NCBI GenBank assembly: GCA_046328915.1
Contig: JAXLVR010000007.1
Span: 157,206 to 221,205, forward strand
DNA: 64,000 bases
Source of the DNA: Anaerolineales bacterium
GTDB taxonomy: Bacteria; Chloroflexota; Anaerolineae; Anaerolineales; Villigracilaceae
Reading direction: 5' to 3'
Position numbers and translations under genes: made by a program. Shown here piece by piece: positions 18,333 through 29,000 of this stretch. The notes beneath the pieces are model-generated. The model searched no databases and was not told the origin of the DNA. It saw nothing but the letters and a program-made list of their open reading frames with translations. Position 1 is the stretch's first letter; every line of letters starts with the position of its first letter.

Positions 18333-18409
18333 CTGACGTTCGGTGTCAAGTGTCAGGTTCCAAGTGTCACGTGACACTCCCGCACTTGGCACCTGATACT
18401 TTAAGCCAC

Positions 18410-18482
18410 GGGCTCGTGGCGCAGCGGTTAGCGCAGGGAACTCATAATTCCTTGGTCGTAGGTTCGAATCCTACCGGGCCCA
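18410..18482 (+). tRNA. tRNA with CAT anticodon (elongator Met or Ile2-lysidine type)
   Basis: Acceptor gggctcg/cgggccc, D-arm gcgc-agcggtta-gcgc, anticodon loop ctCATaa, T-arm gtagg-ttcgaat-cctac. No GGG:CCC initiator signature at anticodon-stem positions 29-31. Confidence 0.8.
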
Positions 18483-18516
18483 CCTTCAATTTACGATTTT
18501 TGATTGTGGATTTACA

Positions 18517-18552
18517 AAAGCGGACGGCTCATTGCCGTCCGCTTTTTATTTT
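18517..18552. terminator. Bidirectional terminator between tRNA-Met and the IMPase gene
   Basis: Hairpin gcggacggc/gccgtccgc followed by a T-run. Confidence 0.55.
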
Positions 18553-19334
18553 AGTTGTGCTTTTGTCGCTTCGTAAATTCCTGGCGTGGTTGCCAAAATG
18601 GATAGCGGTGTGGCGGTGAGAAAATTCTCTTTGCCGTCAATGGCGGTTACTATGGCGCCAGCTTCGGCGGCGATCAAACCTCCGGCAGCGACATCCCAAG
18701 GTTTGAGTTTGTATTCCCAAAAGCCGTCGAAGCGACCGGCGCCTACGTAACAGGCGTCGAGTGCGGCGGAACCGAGGCGGCGTACGCCTTGAGTCTTTTT
18801 AGCGAGACGCTCAAAGTATTTGAAATTATCGAGTTCGGTATTCCACGTGTCGTAAGGGAAACCAGTAACGAGTAAACTTTTTTCAAGCTCGGTCGTGTTC
18901 GAAACATGGATCGGTTTCCCGTTCAAAGTTGCACCTTGGCCTTTTTCAGCCATGAACAATTCATCACGCAGGGGGTCGTAGACGGCACCGAGGGTCAGCA
19001 CGCCGTTGGTGGAGAATCCGATGGAGACGCAGAAGATGGGGATGTGGTGGGCGTAGTTGACGGTTCCATCAAGCGGGTCAATATACCAGAGGTCTTCATT
19101 GCTGCCTTGAATATTTCCGCTTTCTTCGGCGAGGATGTTGCTGCCAGGGAAAACGGACTTTATTTCACCGAGCAGAAAGGCTTCAGAGGCGTGGTCTGAT
19201 TCAGTAACAAGATCAATTACCCCTTTGTATTGAACCGTATGTTCTTTATTGTATCCATCGCGGAGAATGGCTCCGGCTCCGCGGGCGAGTCGTTCGAGAT
19301 CAGAGAGAGTAGGTTTCATCAAATTCCATTCCAA
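18546..19334 (-). CDS. Inositol monophosphatase family protein (SuhB/HisN-like)
   Basis: IMPase motifs DPLDGT and WDxAAG-like. Confidence 0.8.
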   Translation of the reverse strand: MEWNLMKPTLSDLERLARGAGAILRDGYNKEHTVQYKGVIDLVTESDHASEAFLLGEIKSVFPGSNILAEESGNIQGSNEDLWYIDPLDGTVNYAHHIPIFCVSIGFSTNGVLTLGAVYDPLRDELFMAEKGQGATLNGKPIHVSNTTELEKSLLVTGFPYDTWNTELDNFKYFERLAKKTQGVRRLGSAALDACYVGAGRFDGFWEYKLKPWDVAAGGLIAAEAGAIVTAIDGKENFLTATPLSILATTPGIYEATKAQLK

Positions 19335-20221
19335 ATGCGGCGACCCAGAGCAGAGAGGGCAAAGTCTACAGCGAGCAAGGCGGTGCGATTTTGAATATCG
19401 AGGATCGGGTTGACTTCGACAATATCCATGCCGATGAGTTTTCCGGTTTCGCCGATCATTTCACAAGCGAGATGTGCTTCCCGTTGCGTAAGACCCGCAG
19501 GGACGGGTGTCCCCACGCCAGGTGCGTGTTCGGGGTCGAGTGCATCGAGGTCGAGAGAAAGATAAATACCATCTACGTCGCGGCTGATGCGTTCGATGGC
19601 TTTTTCAAGGCAAGACACCATGCCATATCGGTCAATTTGTTCCATGCCCATTACCATGGCACCGGCTTCGCGCAAATTTCTTTTTTCGCCTTCGTCGAGG
19701 TCACGAGCGCCAACGATGGCGATCTTCTTAGGGTCAATCGCGGGAATAGGTTCATCCCATAATTGCACAAGGCTTTTATCACCCATGCCGCACAAAGCTG
19801 CCAAAGACATGCCGTGGATATTTCCAGATGGTGTTGTTTCAGCCGTGTTGAAATCCGCATGCGCATCGACCCAGATGACCCCGACTTTGCGATTGCGAGC
19901 TGCTCCGCGCACCGAACCGATCGACAAGGAGTGATCGCCTCCAATGACTAAGGGGAAGTTGCCAGCCTGTATCGAAGTGGATACTGCGCCGGAAACGCGT
20001 CGTGACATGGGGATGATGCAGTCGATATATTTCAACTTTGGGTTGGTGATGGTACACATTTCGGCAATAGGTACTTCTACGTTGCCTTCGTCGTTGACGG
20101 TGTAGCCGAGGTCTTCCAGTTTTTTTTGTAATAAAGAATATCGTATTGCGCTGGGACCCATATCCACACCGCGGCGGTCTGCACCCAAGTCTATAGGCAC
20201 ACCGATAATATCGATTTGCAT
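19319..20221 (-). CDS. Arginase-family (ureohydrolase) protein: arginase or formiminoglutamase
   Basis: Metal-binding motifs [13 protein letters not shown] and SLDLDALDP. Confidence 0.75.
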   Translation of the reverse strand: MQIDIIGVPIDLGADRRGVDMGPSAIRYSLLQKKLEDLGYTVNDEGNVEVPIAEMCTITNPKLKYIDCIIPMSRRVSGAVSTSIQAGNFPLVIGGDHSLSIGSVRGAARNRKVGVIWVDAHADFNTAETTPSGNIHGMSLAALCGMGDKSLVQLWDEPIPAIDPKKIAIVGARDLDEGEKRNLREAGAMVMGMEQIDRYGMVSCLEKAIERISRDVDGIYLSLDLDALDPEHAPGVGTPVPAGLTQREAHLACEMIGETGKLIGMDIVEVNPILDIQNRTALLAVDFALSALGRRIWNGI

Positions 20222-20257
20222 GAAAATTCTCCTAAACTAAAATGGATTTGAGAAATT

Positions 20258-21913
20258 TTATTTCACCGGAGAAGGCTCTTCCATTTCAGGTGAAAACACC
20301 GTGACACGGTTTCGCCCATCGGCTTTTGATTGGTATAGTGCAAGATCTGCCATGCTAAGAAGGGTTTCGCCTGCATCCGAGTGAATGGGGAAGGACGCGA
20401 TTCCGGCAGAGAAGGTCGATTTTACATGTTTCCCTTCATGTTCAACGACTTGTAATGCGAACTCTTTTCTAAAACGTTCTGCACGTTCGAAGGCATCTTG
20501 CACGGCAGCATCTGGCATGAGAATCACAAACTCTTCGCCTCCAAAGCGGCAAACAATGTCACTACGGCGTGTATTTTCTTGTAAAAACTTTGCCAGAGAT
20601 TGCAGAACAAGGTCACCGCATTTATGCCCGTAGGTATCGTTGACTTTCTTAAAGAAGTCCACATCCAGAACGATCAGCGAAAAAGGACTTTTCTCACGGA
20701 CAGCACGGGCAGTTTCCTTGTCTAATGCTTCAGCAAAATAACGGCGGTTGAAAACGCCGGTCAACGGATCGCGGATGGCTTGTTCTTGAAGTTGAATACG
20801 CAGACGTTCATTCTCTTGCAACTGAGTTTGCAGGGATTCGTTCGTATCTTTCAGGTCTTTTTCAAGCTTTTTGCGGTCGGTGATATCGTACGCAAGAATA
20901 ACACGCCCTTCCAATTGATTTGTTCGGTTGTAAATGGGGGTGATAATTGTTTCAAGGGTACGAGGCGGGTCGCCGGGTATTTCGATCTCTTCACGAGTGC
21001 GTTCCATAAAGAAAAAGCGCTGAAGCAACTGGGGCCATTTCTGAAAAACTTCAATGGGTTCTTTCCCTAGAATCTCGGCAAAAGGTTTTTCCAGCCATTG
21101 TTGTGCCACAGCATTTGCATCAATGATCCTTTCCTTATCGTCTAAAACAAATACCATTTCAGGAATGGATTCAATCACGTTATCACGCGCGATTGGCACG
21201 ATATCGAGCAACCGTAGCCCGAAAATGCTGGCAGCCAAAAATACAGCAGTGAAGGTAAATGCCAGTGCTGTTAAGTCTACAGGGGCCGGAAAAATGGGCA
21301 AAACACCCGGATTCACCTGATAAATAATATTCAGAGAGAATGGAACAACGACTGCACCGATAAGATATGGAGTTTGTTTGCGATAGATATTTCGTGAGAC
21401 AAGAAAACGCCGCACCAATGCTACCAGTCCCACAATATCAAGTGTGTACGTACACATCAAAGCATAAATATAAAAAGGTCCACGTTCAATGAGGAGCGGC
21501 CCGCCAGTTTCGGTGGCAATTTTTACACTGCTGTAATACAAATGGAACCATCGGTCAGAAAGGATAAAGGTCAATGCAACTGCAGGGGGAACCCACAGGG
21601 CTACCAAAACCATCTTGTTATCCATCCAACTGTCCATTTTGGTATAAGTCATGGCGAACAAAAACCAAAATAAGGCAGTGGTTTGAATACCGATGTTTTC
21701 AAACCTGAGCCAGAAAATTTTATCTTTCAATTCTGGCGATAAGGTGATCATTGCATACCCAAATGACCAAAATGCCAGTGCAATGAACATAAGGGTTAAT
21801 GGTTTAATGCCAGCCTTCTGCGGTCTACGTGTGAGGATAAGCGCAATTGCTAAAGCTAAAATGGCATTAAAGATTAAGATACCTGCAAAGATACTCCAGG
21901 AATTATCCATTAT
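20258..21913 (-). CDS. Membrane sensor diguanylate cyclase (7TM sensor, PAS, GGDEF)
   Basis: N-terminal polytopic domain, coiled coil, and GGEEF active site (RFGGEEFVILMP). The start was chosen at MDNSWS, adjacent to the hutI stop. Confidence 0.75.
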   Translation of the reverse strand: MMDNSWSIFAGILIFNAILALAIALILTRRPQKAGIKPLTLMFIALAFWSFGYAMITLSPELKDKIFWLRFENIGIQTTALFWFLFAMTYTKMDSWMDNKMVLVALWVPPAVALTFILSDRWFHLYYSSVKIATETGGPLLIERGPFYIYALMCTYTLDIVGLVALVRRFLVSRNIYRKQTPYLIGAVVVPFSLNIIYQVNPGVLPIFPAPVDLTALAFTFTAVFLAASIFGLRLLDIVPIARDNVIESIPEMVFVLDDKERIIDANAVAQQWLEKPFAEILGKEPIEVFQKWPQLLQRFFFMERTREEIEIPGDPPRTLETIITPIYNRTNQLEGRVILAYDITDRKKLEKDLKDTNESLQTQLQENERLRIQLQEQAIRDPLTGVFNRRYFAEALDKETARAVREKSPFSLIVLDVDFFKKVNDTYGHKCGDLVLQSLAKFLQENTRRSDIVCRFGGEEFVILMPDAAVQDAFERAERFRKEFALQVVEHEGKHVKSTFSAGIASFPIHSDAGETLLSMADLALYQSKADGRNRVTVFSPEMEEPSPVK

Positions 21914-21914
21914 G

Positions 21915-23189
21915 TTATGCGGTCCTATAGTAGCCAACATCCACGGAGTAAACTTGTCCACGTTTGATGACCTGTTTGACGAGGTTGGTTCCGTAACGAT
22001 ACCCCACTTGCCGGTAATCATTTACCGATAAGATCAACATGTCTGCTTGCTTACCTACTTCGATTGACCCGATTGTGTCTGCTTTGCGAATGGCATGAGC
22101 CGCATTGATCGTTGCCGCGGCAATGGCTTGGGCAGGGGTTAGTTTCATGTAACGGCATGCAAGTGCAATGGCAAATTGCATCGACTCGTTCCATGAAGTG
22201 CCTGGGTTACAGTCAGTGGCAACCGCAAGAAGAGCATCTGCTTCAATGAGCTTTTTTGCAGGCGTGTAATGAGACTCTGCCAAACCGAATGGAGTACACG
22301 GAAGGGCGACCGCTACCGTGTCGGACTTTCCTAACGCCTGAATATCCGCATCAGACGTGACCACGAGATGGTCTGCCGATGCAGCCTTTAACTCCGCTGC
22401 AAGTTTTGCTCCGCCAAGATTATCGAACTCATCTGCATGAATCTTCAACGGGAATCCCAGCGACATCGCTTGGGTCAGAATCTGACGCGATTGTTCGAGG
22501 GTGAAGGCTTTCGTCTCACAGAACACATCCACAAAGGGGAGCGAATGTCGTGGAGCGTGAGTCTCCCACCAACTTTTGAGCATGGGTAGCATGGTGTTGG
22601 CTACCTCATCTGTATAGCCTTGAGGATTATCTTTGAATTCTGGAGCAATGGCATGCGCACCCAAAAACGTAAAAACGAGATCCATGGGGTTTTCGTCATT
22701 CAATGCCAGCAATGCTTTGAGTAGCCGCAATTCGGTGGAGGTTTGAAGCCCATACCCTGTTTTTGCCTCTGCAGTCGTTGTTCCATTGCGGAACATTCTT
22801 AACATGCGCGGGCGGGTCTCCGCCATTAGAGTTTCCAAGCTAGCAGTGCGTGTAGCACGTACTGTGGAAAGGATGCCTCCGCCTGCAGCTAGGATATCGA
22901 GATAGGGCGTCCCCGCCATCTTTTTCTCAAATTCATCTGCGCGGTCTCCTGCCCAAATGAGGTGGGTGTGCGGGTCTACAAATCCGGGCATGAGCACGCA
23001 ACGACCTGCGTCGAGCGTGGGTTCGTCTGGATAGGCATTGCGTAATTCTTCTGTTGTCCCTACGGCAATGATCCTTTCATCGCGGACAACAACTGCACCA
23101 TTGGGAATGATACCAAGGGCGCCTAGAGCTTTTCCGCGTTGAGGCCCGCCGGAAAGGGTCAGTACCTGAGAAGCTGAGTGAATGAGCAT
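21915..23189 (-). CDS. hutI: Imidazolonepropionase (amidohydrolase family)
   Basis: HxH metal motif DPHTHLIW and an amidohydrolase fold. Length and motifs match HutI. Confidence 0.75.
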   Translation of the reverse strand: MLIHSASQVLTLSGGPQRGKALGALGIIPNGAVVVRDERIIAVGTTEELRNAYPDEPTLDAGRCVLMPGFVDPHTHLIWAGDRADEFEKKMAGTPYLDILAAGGGILSTVRATRTASLETLMAETRPRMLRMFRNGTTTAEAKTGYGLQTSTELRLLKALLALNDENPMDLVFTFLGAHAIAPEFKDNPQGYTDEVANTMLPMLKSWWETHAPRHSLPFVDVFCETKAFTLEQSRQILTQAMSLGFPLKIHADEFDNLGGAKLAAELKAASADHLVVTSDADIQALGKSDTVAVALPCTPFGLAESHYTPAKKLIEADALLAVATDCNPGTSWNESMQFAIALACRYMKLTPAQAIAAATINAAHAIRKADTIGSIEVGKQADMLILSVNDYRQVGYRYGTNLVKQVIKRGQVYSVDVGYYRTA

Positions 23190-23420
23190 GGAACCGCCAA
23201 TCGATTAGGGAATGTGGCAATTTAACCACAGAAATTCTCCTGTGCGTGAACATCTGTTTTGTGCGTAAAGTTTGGTATTATCTTATTTGAAAAGACTGAC
23301 TTACAATTGTGATAATTGTTTCTATTGAAAGGTTTTTGCTTTTTGTATAAAATATTATAGAAGTAAAATTTCGGGTTTATTTTATTAATATTAAAATTTG
23401 GTGGAAAGGAGGAAGTATTC

Positions 23421-23576
23421 ATGTTATTCACACCGAAAGAAAAGGGTCAAGGGCTTGTTGAGTATGCTCTTATTCTTGTTTTAGTTGCCATTGTCGTTAT
23501 TGCAGCACTCATGATTCTTGGACCAATTATCGGTAATGTGTTCAGTAAAATCAATTCTAGCTTGCGTAATGTCTAG
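23421..23576 (+). CDS. Flp/Fap-family type IVb pilin (51 aa)
   Basis: Flp motif KGQG-LVEYALILVLVAI. Strong SD aaaggagga. The ORF is below the 60-aa cutoff, so it is absent from the ORF track. Confidence 0.7.
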   Translation: MLFTPKEKGQGLVEYALILVLVAIVVIAALMILGPIIGNVFSKINSSLRNV

Positions 23577-23721
23577 TGAACTAAATTGATGTAGAATGTC
23601 CTTATATTAAGTTTAGTTAAGTCTTAACAGGATTGTAAAATCAAAACTATTGACTCTCTGCTGTTTTGACGTAGAATAAATTTGTAAGTTCGATAAATTC
23701 TAAAGAAAGGAGAAATTTGCC

Positions 23722-23877
23722 ATGTTGTTCTCACCCAAGGAAAAAGGTCAGGGTTTGGTTGAATATGCATTGATCCTCGTTTTGGTAGCTATCGTTGTTA
23801 TTGCGGCTCTTATGATCCTCGGCCCGATCATCGGTAACGTCTTCAGCAAGATCAATTCCAGCCTTAACTCCGTGTAA
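23722..23877 (+). CDS. Flp/Fap-family type IVb pilin, second tandem copy (51 aa)
   Basis: Protein nearly identical to the first copy, but encoded with different, higher-GC codons. SD aaaggaga. Confidence 0.7.
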   Translation: MLFSPKEKGQGLVEYALILVLVAIVVIAALMILGPIIGNVFSKINSSLNSV

Positions 23878-23897
23878 TTTTCGGACTAAGCTTAGTA

Positions 23898-23935
23898 ATA
23901 AAAAGAACCCATCGAGAGATGGGTTCTTTTTATTA
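23898..23935. terminator. Bidirectional terminator between the pilin genes and the peptidase gene
   Basis: Hairpin aaaagaacccatc/gatgggttctttt. Confidence 0.55.
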
Positions 23936-23946
23936 CTAAAAGATTC

Positions 23947-25932
23947 CTATTCGGATAGATCAACCACATCCCCGTCATACTCGCCGGTGACGTGGAGGGT
24001 GTACTCCGCATCGCGGACGTAGGTAAGGGTGCCGTCTTTCAGCCCGGTGACGGAGACTTCGAGGGTGAAGCTGCCGTCGTCGTAGTTGTAGGAGCCGGTG
24101 CCGGTCATGACGAAACCGGCGGAGAAGGCACAGTCTGTCAGGGTGTAGGTGTCGCTGGTATCGCCTGATGTGAAGGTGAAGTTTCCGCCGTAGGGGCAGG
24201 CTGCGGCGTGGATATCTTCAGAGATGGAATAATAGTACTCGGGCAGATAGTTGATCTCGTTATCGGCAGCAGACAGCGCCTCGAGCGGGCTTGTGTATTC
24301 AGATGCATCTGCCAGAGCGAGCGGGACGAAATCATCAGCCACGTAGCCGTCACAGGTGGTTTCGCGGGCGGGCATTTTATCGTCTACGAGGAAGTCGGTG
24401 ACGAGCCCATCGACACATTCATTGCCCCAGCCAAAGATGACATGCGGACCGCCAATCTCTGTGACCATGTATCCGTTCTCCAAGTGTGAAAAGACATTCT
24501 TGGCGCCTTTATAGGGAGTTGCCGGGTCGGTGGTGGCGTTGAGCACCAGGGTAGGGACGCCATTGCCGGTGAAAGGCTCAGGGAGCATGGCGGGTTGAGA
24601 GTCATCTTTCGGGTAGGGCCAGTATACGCAGGGTAGATCCCCGTAAAAGACAGAAGAGAAGCGCGGAAGGGTTGCATCCACAGAATCACCTTCGCGCAGA
24701 AAAAGCTGTGCTTGTTCGTCGAAGGTGGAGCCGGGTTCGGCGTAGTCTCGACAGGTGACACCGTAATAAATGGCGTCGCTCCAGGAGGGATCTAGAACAG
24801 CATCCAAGGTATCGGGATTGATATAGAGCGAGTTGTACACTACGCGCGCCAGGGGCACGAGAGTATTATCGCGGGCGTAGGCTGCCAAGGCACGCAAGAA
24901 CATCATGCGTGCGGTTTCAGAGTAGAGAAAACCAGAAGTGGCTTCGAGGTCTGAAAAGGTGAACTCGCGGGTTTGAACTTCACCTGTGGAAATTGGAAAA
25001 TCAAAAGCGATGGGGGCTTGCTTTAATTGCGCGGCGAGTTCATCATAGACGGCGACAGCATCTCTGCCCATGTCTGCGGCGCAGGCTTCATCGGCGTTGC
25101 AGGCTTCGAGCGTGGCGACCATCACATCGTTGAACGCGGCGGCTTGACCTTTCAGGAATTCGGTATCGGTCAGGGTGATATCTACGGTGCCATCGAGGAT
25201 GAGACCCGCCAAATGGTCGGAATGAGCCGTGGCGTACATTTGCGAGAATTGCGTGCCGTAGCTTTCGCCATAGAGCCAGAACTTGTCATCGCCCATCAAG
25301 GCACGGAAGACTTCGAGGTCTTCCACGGCTTGGGTGGTATCGAGATAGGGCAACAGATCGGTCTGACCGACTTCGGCGATGCATTCATCTACAAAGGTTT
25401 GGGTGACATCAAGTAGCTCAGCTTCACCTTCGGGCGTGGTGGCGTCGGTATTGGTGCTGTAATATTTTGTAACGGCGTTGACGCAATACAAACTGCCCGA
25501 TTGGTTGATGCCGCGCTGGTCGAAGAAGACGATATCAAAATGCTCGGTCAGGCGCGGGTCGAAATAGGAGGTGTAGCTATCGGCGCTCATCAAACCCGAG
25601 CCGCCGGGTCCGCCGATGACGGTGACGAACATGCCTTTGCGTTCGCCTGTGGCAGGCAAAACTGCAAACACGACATTCGTGGTGCGCGTGTCTTGCGAGT
25701 CAAAATGATTCAACGGCACGGTGACGTCAACACAGGTGAAGTCACTATCGGGGCAGGGATAACCGCCGAGTTGTGCAAGGCGCGTGGCGGTATCTGCCGC
25801 AGGGACTTCGCTTGCAGTGACCGCCGTCGCTGCGGGTTCTGTTGTGGGCTGGGATGTGGGTGTTTGACCTTTTGGGGCGCAAGCTTGAACGGCGAGAAGA
25901 ATAACGAGTAGACCGATATAAATTTTTTTCAT
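23947..25932 (-). CDS. Secreted alpha/beta-hydrolase peptidase lipoprotein (S33 tripeptidyl/prolyl aminopeptidase-like)
   Basis: Lipobox LAVQAC. GESYG nucleophile elbow and a GGPGGSG region. 661 aa. Confidence 0.65.
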   Translation of the reverse strand: MKKIYIGLLVILLAVQACAPKGQTPTSQPTTEPAATAVTASEVPAADTATRLAQLGGYPCPDSDFTCVDVTVPLNHFDSQDTRTTNVVFAVLPATGERKGMFVTVIGGPGGSGLMSADSYTSYFDPRLTEHFDIVFFDQRGINQSGSLYCVNAVTKYYSTNTDATTPEGEAELLDVTQTFVDECIAEVGQTDLLPYLDTTQAVEDLEVFRALMGDDKFWLYGESYGTQFSQMYATAHSDHLAGLILDGTVDITLTDTEFLKGQAAAFNDVMVATLEACNADEACAADMGRDAVAVYDELAAQLKQAPIAFDFPISTGEVQTREFTFSDLEATSGFLYSETARMMFLRALAAYARDNTLVPLARVVYNSLYINPDTLDAVLDPSWSDAIYYGVTCRDYAEPGSTFDEQAQLFLREGDSVDATLPRFSSVFYGDLPCVYWPYPKDDSQPAMLPEPFTGNGVPTLVLNATTDPATPYKGAKNVFSHLENGYMVTEIGGPHVIFGWGNECVDGLVTDFLVDDKMPARETTCDGYVADDFVPLALADASEYTSPLEALSAADNEINYLPEYYYSISEDIHAAACPYGGNFTFTSGDTSDTYTLTDCAFSAGFVMTGTGSYNYDDGSFTLEVSVTGLKDGTLTYVRDAEYTLHVTGEYDGDVVDLSE

Positions 25933-26013
25933 ACGATTTTTCCTGAAATTTCCTGCCTATAGTATTGATACAAAAATAAAAAGTAGGGGCGACTCGCGAG
26001 TCGCCCCTACGGG

Positions 26014-29000
26014 TTACTGAAACGTGATCTCTTCCACGTGCCAGGATTCTTCGCCCATGAGCTTCTTTAGGCGTTCGAGCAGTTCGGGGCAGATGCGCGT
26101 CGTGTCGTTGGGGAAGTCGATCAGGTGTCCCTTGCCGTTCTCGAAGATCTGAAAACTGAACTTGTCGCGTCCGTGATACGAGATGAGCGTGCCATACAGC
26201 GTCTTGATGCGGCGCTTGTCGCGCTCCTTGTCGCCGGTGGAGCGCAGGATGATGGTGATCTGCTTGGGCGGATGGTCCTTGTCCGCGTTCTCTTTGGCAA
26301 GCGGAACATACAACGATGGAATGAACGCCTCGTCTCTGTCTTCGGCGGGGTTCAACGCCCCAGCTTGAGTCAACGCCTCGACGGCGCGAGTCAACACAGG
26401 GGGAGTCACCGGTTCATCTTTCTTGAATTTCGGCGCAGGCTTTGCGGCGATGGCGGCTTCATCAAAGGAGGGCTGCCATTCGTTGTCCCAGCCGTCGGGG
26501 AAGTTATCGGGCGGCGGAGGCATGTCGTCGTCCGTGGTGTAAGCAGGGGCAGGTTCAGCGGTCTGCTTGTTGTAGGTCACGTTTGTAACGTGACTTTCTT
26601 GCTTGGTGGAGTCTGTCACGCTGGAAGCGTGACCTACATTTGTCGGCGTGGGAGTCTGCTTGGGTGTTGCGGCAGGCGTCGGCTTGGGTTGCTCCGGGCG
26701 GCGGGGAGATTGGGATTCGGTCCGGGCGAGAAGCGGCTTGGGAGTCGAGCCGTTCGTGATGAAGGGATCATCCGCCGATGTTGTCACAGGAATTTCGGTC
26801 TTGACCGTATCGACCAATAATTTGGGTGGGGTGCTGCCATGGTCAAGTTTGCCTTCGACGATGACGATCTGCCCGACGGTGAGAACCTCGCGTGAGGCTT
26901 CCCAGGTTTTGGGGAAGAGCACCAACTCGACCGTGCCTTGAATGTCTTCCATTTGCGCGAAGCCCATGGGCTTGCCGGTTTTGGTGGTGTAGGGGCGCAC
27001 GCCGGTGATGAGACCCGCCATGCGCACTTTTTCTTCGTGATGGCTTTCGCTGAGTTGACCGGAGAAGTAACTGACGATCTTGGCGAGTGTGGCTTGATAT
27101 TCATTGAGTGGATGGTCGGAGATGTACAGCCCGATCAGTTCGCGCTCCCAGTTGAGCATCTCGCGCTTGTCCACGTCTTTGACTTCGGGCAGGGTGATCT
27201 CTTCGATGATGCCGGTTGCCGCACCAAAGAGACTCATTTGCCCAGCATCGGCGGCGCGGAAGTGATTGCTGGAGATGGCAACGATGCGGTCGAGTGAGGC
27301 GAGCAGGGAGGCGCGATTACCGAATGAGTCCATCGCCCCGACTTTGATGAGACCTTCGAGCGCGCGCTTGCCGACAGAGCGAAGGTCCACGCGGCGGGCG
27401 AAGTCGTTCAAGTCGCTGAACTTGCCATTGGCGATGCGCTCCTGAATGATCGGCTCCACAGCGCCTTCACCGACGTTCTTGATGGCGCCCATGCCAAAGC
27501 GGATGTTGGGCTTTCCATCCACGTCTTCAATGCTGAAGTCCCATTCTGAGTGGTTGATATCGGGTTGCAGAACGGGCACGCCCATGCTGCGAGCGTCTGC
27601 CACATAGAAGGCAACCTTCTCGGTCTGCCCAGCCGAAGCCGACATGAGCGCAGTCATGTACTCAGCGGGGTAATGTGATTTGAGATAAGCAGTTTGTACA
27701 GCGATCACACCGTAATCGGCAGCGTGAGATTTGTTGAAGCCGTACCGCGCAAATTCTTCCCAGTCTGCATAGATGGCTTCGGCAGTGGATTGCTCCATGC
27801 CTTTTTCGACCGCGCCTTTGACGAACTTGTTGCGGTGCTTTTCGATGTCTTCTTTTTTCTTCTTCGAGATGGCTTTGCGCAGTTCATCCGACTCGGAAGG
27901 TGTGTACCCAGCGAGTTCCACCGCGGCGCGCATCAGTTGTTCTTGATAGACCGGAATGCCGAAGGTATCTTTGAAGATCGGCTCCATGGCGGGGTGACGA
28001 TATTCCACTTCCGCTTCGCCGTGCATACGTGCGATGTAATCGGGGATGAACGCCATCGGTCCCGGGCGATACAACGCCACCATCGCGATGATGTTATCGA
28101 GGTTCTGCGGCTTCATCTGCACGAGCCAGCGCGTCATGCCGCCGCCTTCTACTTGGAAGACGCCAGCAGTTTGCCCTGCACCCATCAACTCAAAGGATTT
28201 CGGATCATCAACGGGGATGTTGGTTAAGTCAAATTTGATGCCATGCCGTTTGAAGATCAGGTCACAGGCACGTGCCATCACGGTCAGCGTGATGAGACCG
28301 AGGAAGTCCACCTTCAACATGCCGAGCGTGTCGAGGATACCCATTTCAAACTGGGTCACCGACTTGATGGGCGTATCTTCTGAATTGGATGTTGGGCGAT
28401 GCAGAGGCAGATATTCAAGAATGGGCTTATCCGAGATCACCACACCGGCGGCATGTGTGCCTGCGTTGCGCACGGTACCTTCCATGCGTTCGGCGATGTC
28501 GATCACCTCGCGCATCTTCGGGTCGGTGTCGTAGATCTGCTTGAATTCGGGAACCTCTTTCGCCTCTGCCATGGTTGTGCCGCCCGCCGCGAACGGAACG
28601 AGTTTGGCAACCCGGTCCACTTCGGGCAGTGGAATTTCCATCACACGCGCCACATCACGGATGGCGGCTTTTGTTCCCATCGTGCCGAAGGTGATGATCT
28701 GCGCTACTTTGTCGTCGCCGTATTTGCGCGCGCAATATTCGAGCATTTCGTGGCGGCGGTCGTCGCGGAAGTCGAGGTCGATATCGGGCATCGAAACGCG
28801 CCCCGGGTTCAAGAAGCGTTCAAAGATGAGCGCATGTTCGAGTGGGTCGACCATCGTGATGCCAAGCGTGTATGCAATGATCGAACCAGCCGCCGATCCG
28901 CGCGCGTTGTACCAAATGCCATGCTCACGGGCGAAGGAACACAGGTCCCATACGATGAGGAAGTAGGCGTCGAATCCCATGGTGTGGACAACGCCCAACT

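Noticed and set aside
23222-23431. 69-aa minus-strand ORF in the AT-rich region upstream of the Flp pilin genes
   Set aside because: Low-complexity Asn/Lys/Phe-rich product of AT-rich promoter DNA. It overlaps the pilin SD and start.
26125-26820. 231-aa plus-strand ORF, plus several others inside dnaE
   Set aside because: Generated by the GC-rich Pro/Thr-linker region of dnaE. Arg/Gly-rich with no domain signal.
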